From positions 32,001-96,000 of the IMG/VR virus record IMGVR_UViG_3300032241_000811: a DNA stretch of 64,000 nt; one strand, 5' to 3'. Shown one piece after another: positions 62,397-64,000 of this stretch. Each line of letters begins with the position of its first letter. Within the stretch, counting starts at the first letter, position 1. A model generated the notes under the pieces. The model did no database searches. It saw nothing but the letters and a program-made list of their open reading frames with translations, and was not told the origin of the DNA. The DNA is from a virus. The position numbers and the translations under genes are program-made.

Positions 62397-64000
62397 TTAG
62401 AACTGTCCAACGATTTCGTCAAATGATACTCCGGTTCTTACGGCAACGAAGTTCAGTTGAATGAAGTTGATACTTCTGGCAGGCTTGATATAGATGTCGC
62501 CAACAAACTGATTAGCGTCAATGACATCTGGTGTATTGTTTGTAGTATCGCAAACAACACGATAGTCATAGATACCTCTACGACCTTGTACGTCTCTCAA
62601 GAAAGGTTCTACAAGAGATACGAACTGAGCGCGGGTAAACTCGTCATTGAACTCAAACAAGCTGTACTTTGCTGCTCTGGAAATAGCTTTTTCAAGAACG
62701 ATAAACAAGCGACGAACATTGATTCTATCAAATGCTGATGGACGATCAAGAAGTGTCTTGTCTCCATAAAGCACTGTGCCTTCGCCTGGGAATGAAACAA
62801 CAGGGTTGATACCTGACTTGTAGAGAGTATCACGATCTGTCTTGTTTGGATTCCAAGCAAGCTTGACAACATTCTTGATCTGACCGCGGTTGAAACCAGC
62901 TGGTGAATACCAAGGATCGCGGTCATTGTCAGTACGAACACAGAGACCAGCGATGTCACCGTTGAGAGGAACCCAACGATAGATGTTGTTATACTTGTCA
63001 AACTGATATTTCCAGCCTGAGTCCATAACAGCATAAGAAGAAGATGGAAGCAAGTTTCTGTACGCAACAGCATTATCAGCCTCATATCCAAATTGATTGA
63101 TTACATTTGAAGAAAGAGGAGAAATGAATGCTACACAATCATTACGTGACTCTACAACATTGTTGATGACGTAGGTTGCGACATTATATGAAGCGGCACC
63201 TGTCAGAACAAGAGAGACATCAACTTCTTCTGCGTTCGTGAAGCGATCATATGCGGTAACAATTTGTGCATCTGTTACATTAGCTGCAAGACCATTTGCT
63301 AGAACATATGAATAGTTTGCGTCTGAACCAAATGTTGTATTTGCACCAGTTGAGCCCCAATTTACATTGTTGGCAGCATGGTTGATGATGTAGATATACT
63401 TAGACTGATCATTGATGACGTTTACATAGTAGTTTGAAGAACCATCATCGTTCTTAGCGTCAAATGCCTTAGAGACATATGAATATTTTTCAAGAACTGT
63501 ATTAGGAGTAGCAAACTTACCCTTTTCGTCAATGACAAGGATGTGCATTTCGTCATTGGCGCCACCACGAGAACCAACATAGTTAGAAGTAGAAGGTGCA
63601 CCATTGAACTGATTTGCATAGTTAATTGTGCTGCTTCCCCATGCTGTCCAAGCCTGTGAGTTTGCAGAGTTGGCAAAAATTTCAATACGCAGACCGTTGC
63701 CCAGATCACCAGGATAACGAGCAGCGATAGAACCGTTGAGAGCAAGGCTGGCTGTGAAAGGATTGTTCCAGTTATAGTTATAATCAGCTTGATTGGCAAT
63801 AAAAACGCCATTTGATCCGCTAGTTGCGTTCAAATCAGCAGCAGAATTAGCTGCACGGACAACAAGCAAATCACTGCCATATGACAAGAAGTTAGCTGCT
63901 GTGAACCAAGAAGCGATGGAATTTGCATCGCCGTATGGCTTACCGAAAGTGTTTACAAGTTCAACTTCATTACTGATCGTGACGATTGTGTTGGCTGGGC
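62397..64000 (-). CDS. 18: Tail sheath protein (gp18), 3' part; start lies beyond the window
   Basis: SPAGFNRG, SAFDRINVRRLF, KPARSINFI. Confidence 0.96.
   Translation of the reverse strand, partial: PANTIVTISNEVELVNTFGKPYGDANSIASWFTAANFLSYGSDLLVVRAANSAADLNATSGSNGVFIANQADYNYNWNNPFTASLALNGSIAARYPGDLGNGLRIEIFANSANSQAWTAWGSSTINYANQFNGAPSTSNYVGSRGGANDEMHILVIDEKGKFATPNTVLEKYSYVSKAFDAKNDDGSSNYYVNVINDQSKYIYIINHAANNVNWGSTGANTTFGSDANYSYVLANGLAANVTDAQIVTAYDRFTNAEEVDVSLVLTGAASYNVATYVINNVVESRNDCVAFISPLSSNVINQFGYEADNAVAYRNLLPSSSYAVMDSGWKYQFDKYNNIYRWVPLNGDIAGLCVRTDNDRDPWYSPAGFNRGQIKNVVKLAWNPNKTDRDTLYKSGINPVVSFPGEGTVLYGDKTLLDRPSAFDRINVRRLFIVLEKAISRAAKYSLFEFNDEFTRAQFVSLVEPFLRDVQGRRGIYDYRVVCDTTNNTPDVIDANQFVGDIYIKPARSINFIQLNFVAVRTGVSFDEIVGQF

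Noticed and set aside
10095-64000. Genome-wide stop-codon reassignment (code 15 or code 4)
   Set aside because: Core replication and structural genes are uninterrupted in code 11, and both TAG (gp46, gp3) and TGA (gp41, gp44, uvsX) end genes at the expected lengths.

Overview
A 64 kb segment of a large T4-like (Tevenvirinae-related) myophage genome, almost entirely encoded on the minus strand; the host is most plausibly an alphaproteobacterium (inference). From right to left in transcription order it holds: (1) the tail/head module (gp18 partial, gp19, gp20, an ADP-ribosyltransferase-like protein, gp67-like, modular internal head proteins, gp21, gp22, gp23, gp3); (2) uvsY, uvsW, gp55, gp47 and gp46; (3) a translationally coupled cassette of PLP enzyme, beta-glucosyltransferase-like protein and methyltransferase-fold protein, a candidate DNA hypermodification system; (4) an early VWA/MoxR pair; (5) dNMP kinase, gp45, dsbA, gp44, gp62 and regA; (6) a sugar-nucleotide/glycosyltransferase island (gmd, fcl/colC, colD-like, GT10, FkbM, RmlB-like), dUTPase, PAAR and hsp20 with a ROSE-like leader; (7) gp43, uvsX and gp41; (8) a 6.6 kb array of about 25 tRNA or tRNA-like genes. 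The most unusual content is in the tRNA array. It has an amber-suppressor tRNA(CUA) with its own late-type promoter, inside a segment bracketed by two identical tRNA-Cys genes that also encodes a stand-alone CysRS anticodon-binding-like domain. It also has three copies of a late-promoter hairpin leader of tRNA-associated GIY-YIG endonucleases at three stages of decay, several structurally atypical tRNAs, a preQ1-I-like pseudoknot in front of tRNA-Asn, and a gene missed by the ORF track with two in-frame TGA codons at likely Trp positions. All calls come from manual motif recognition; no searches were run.
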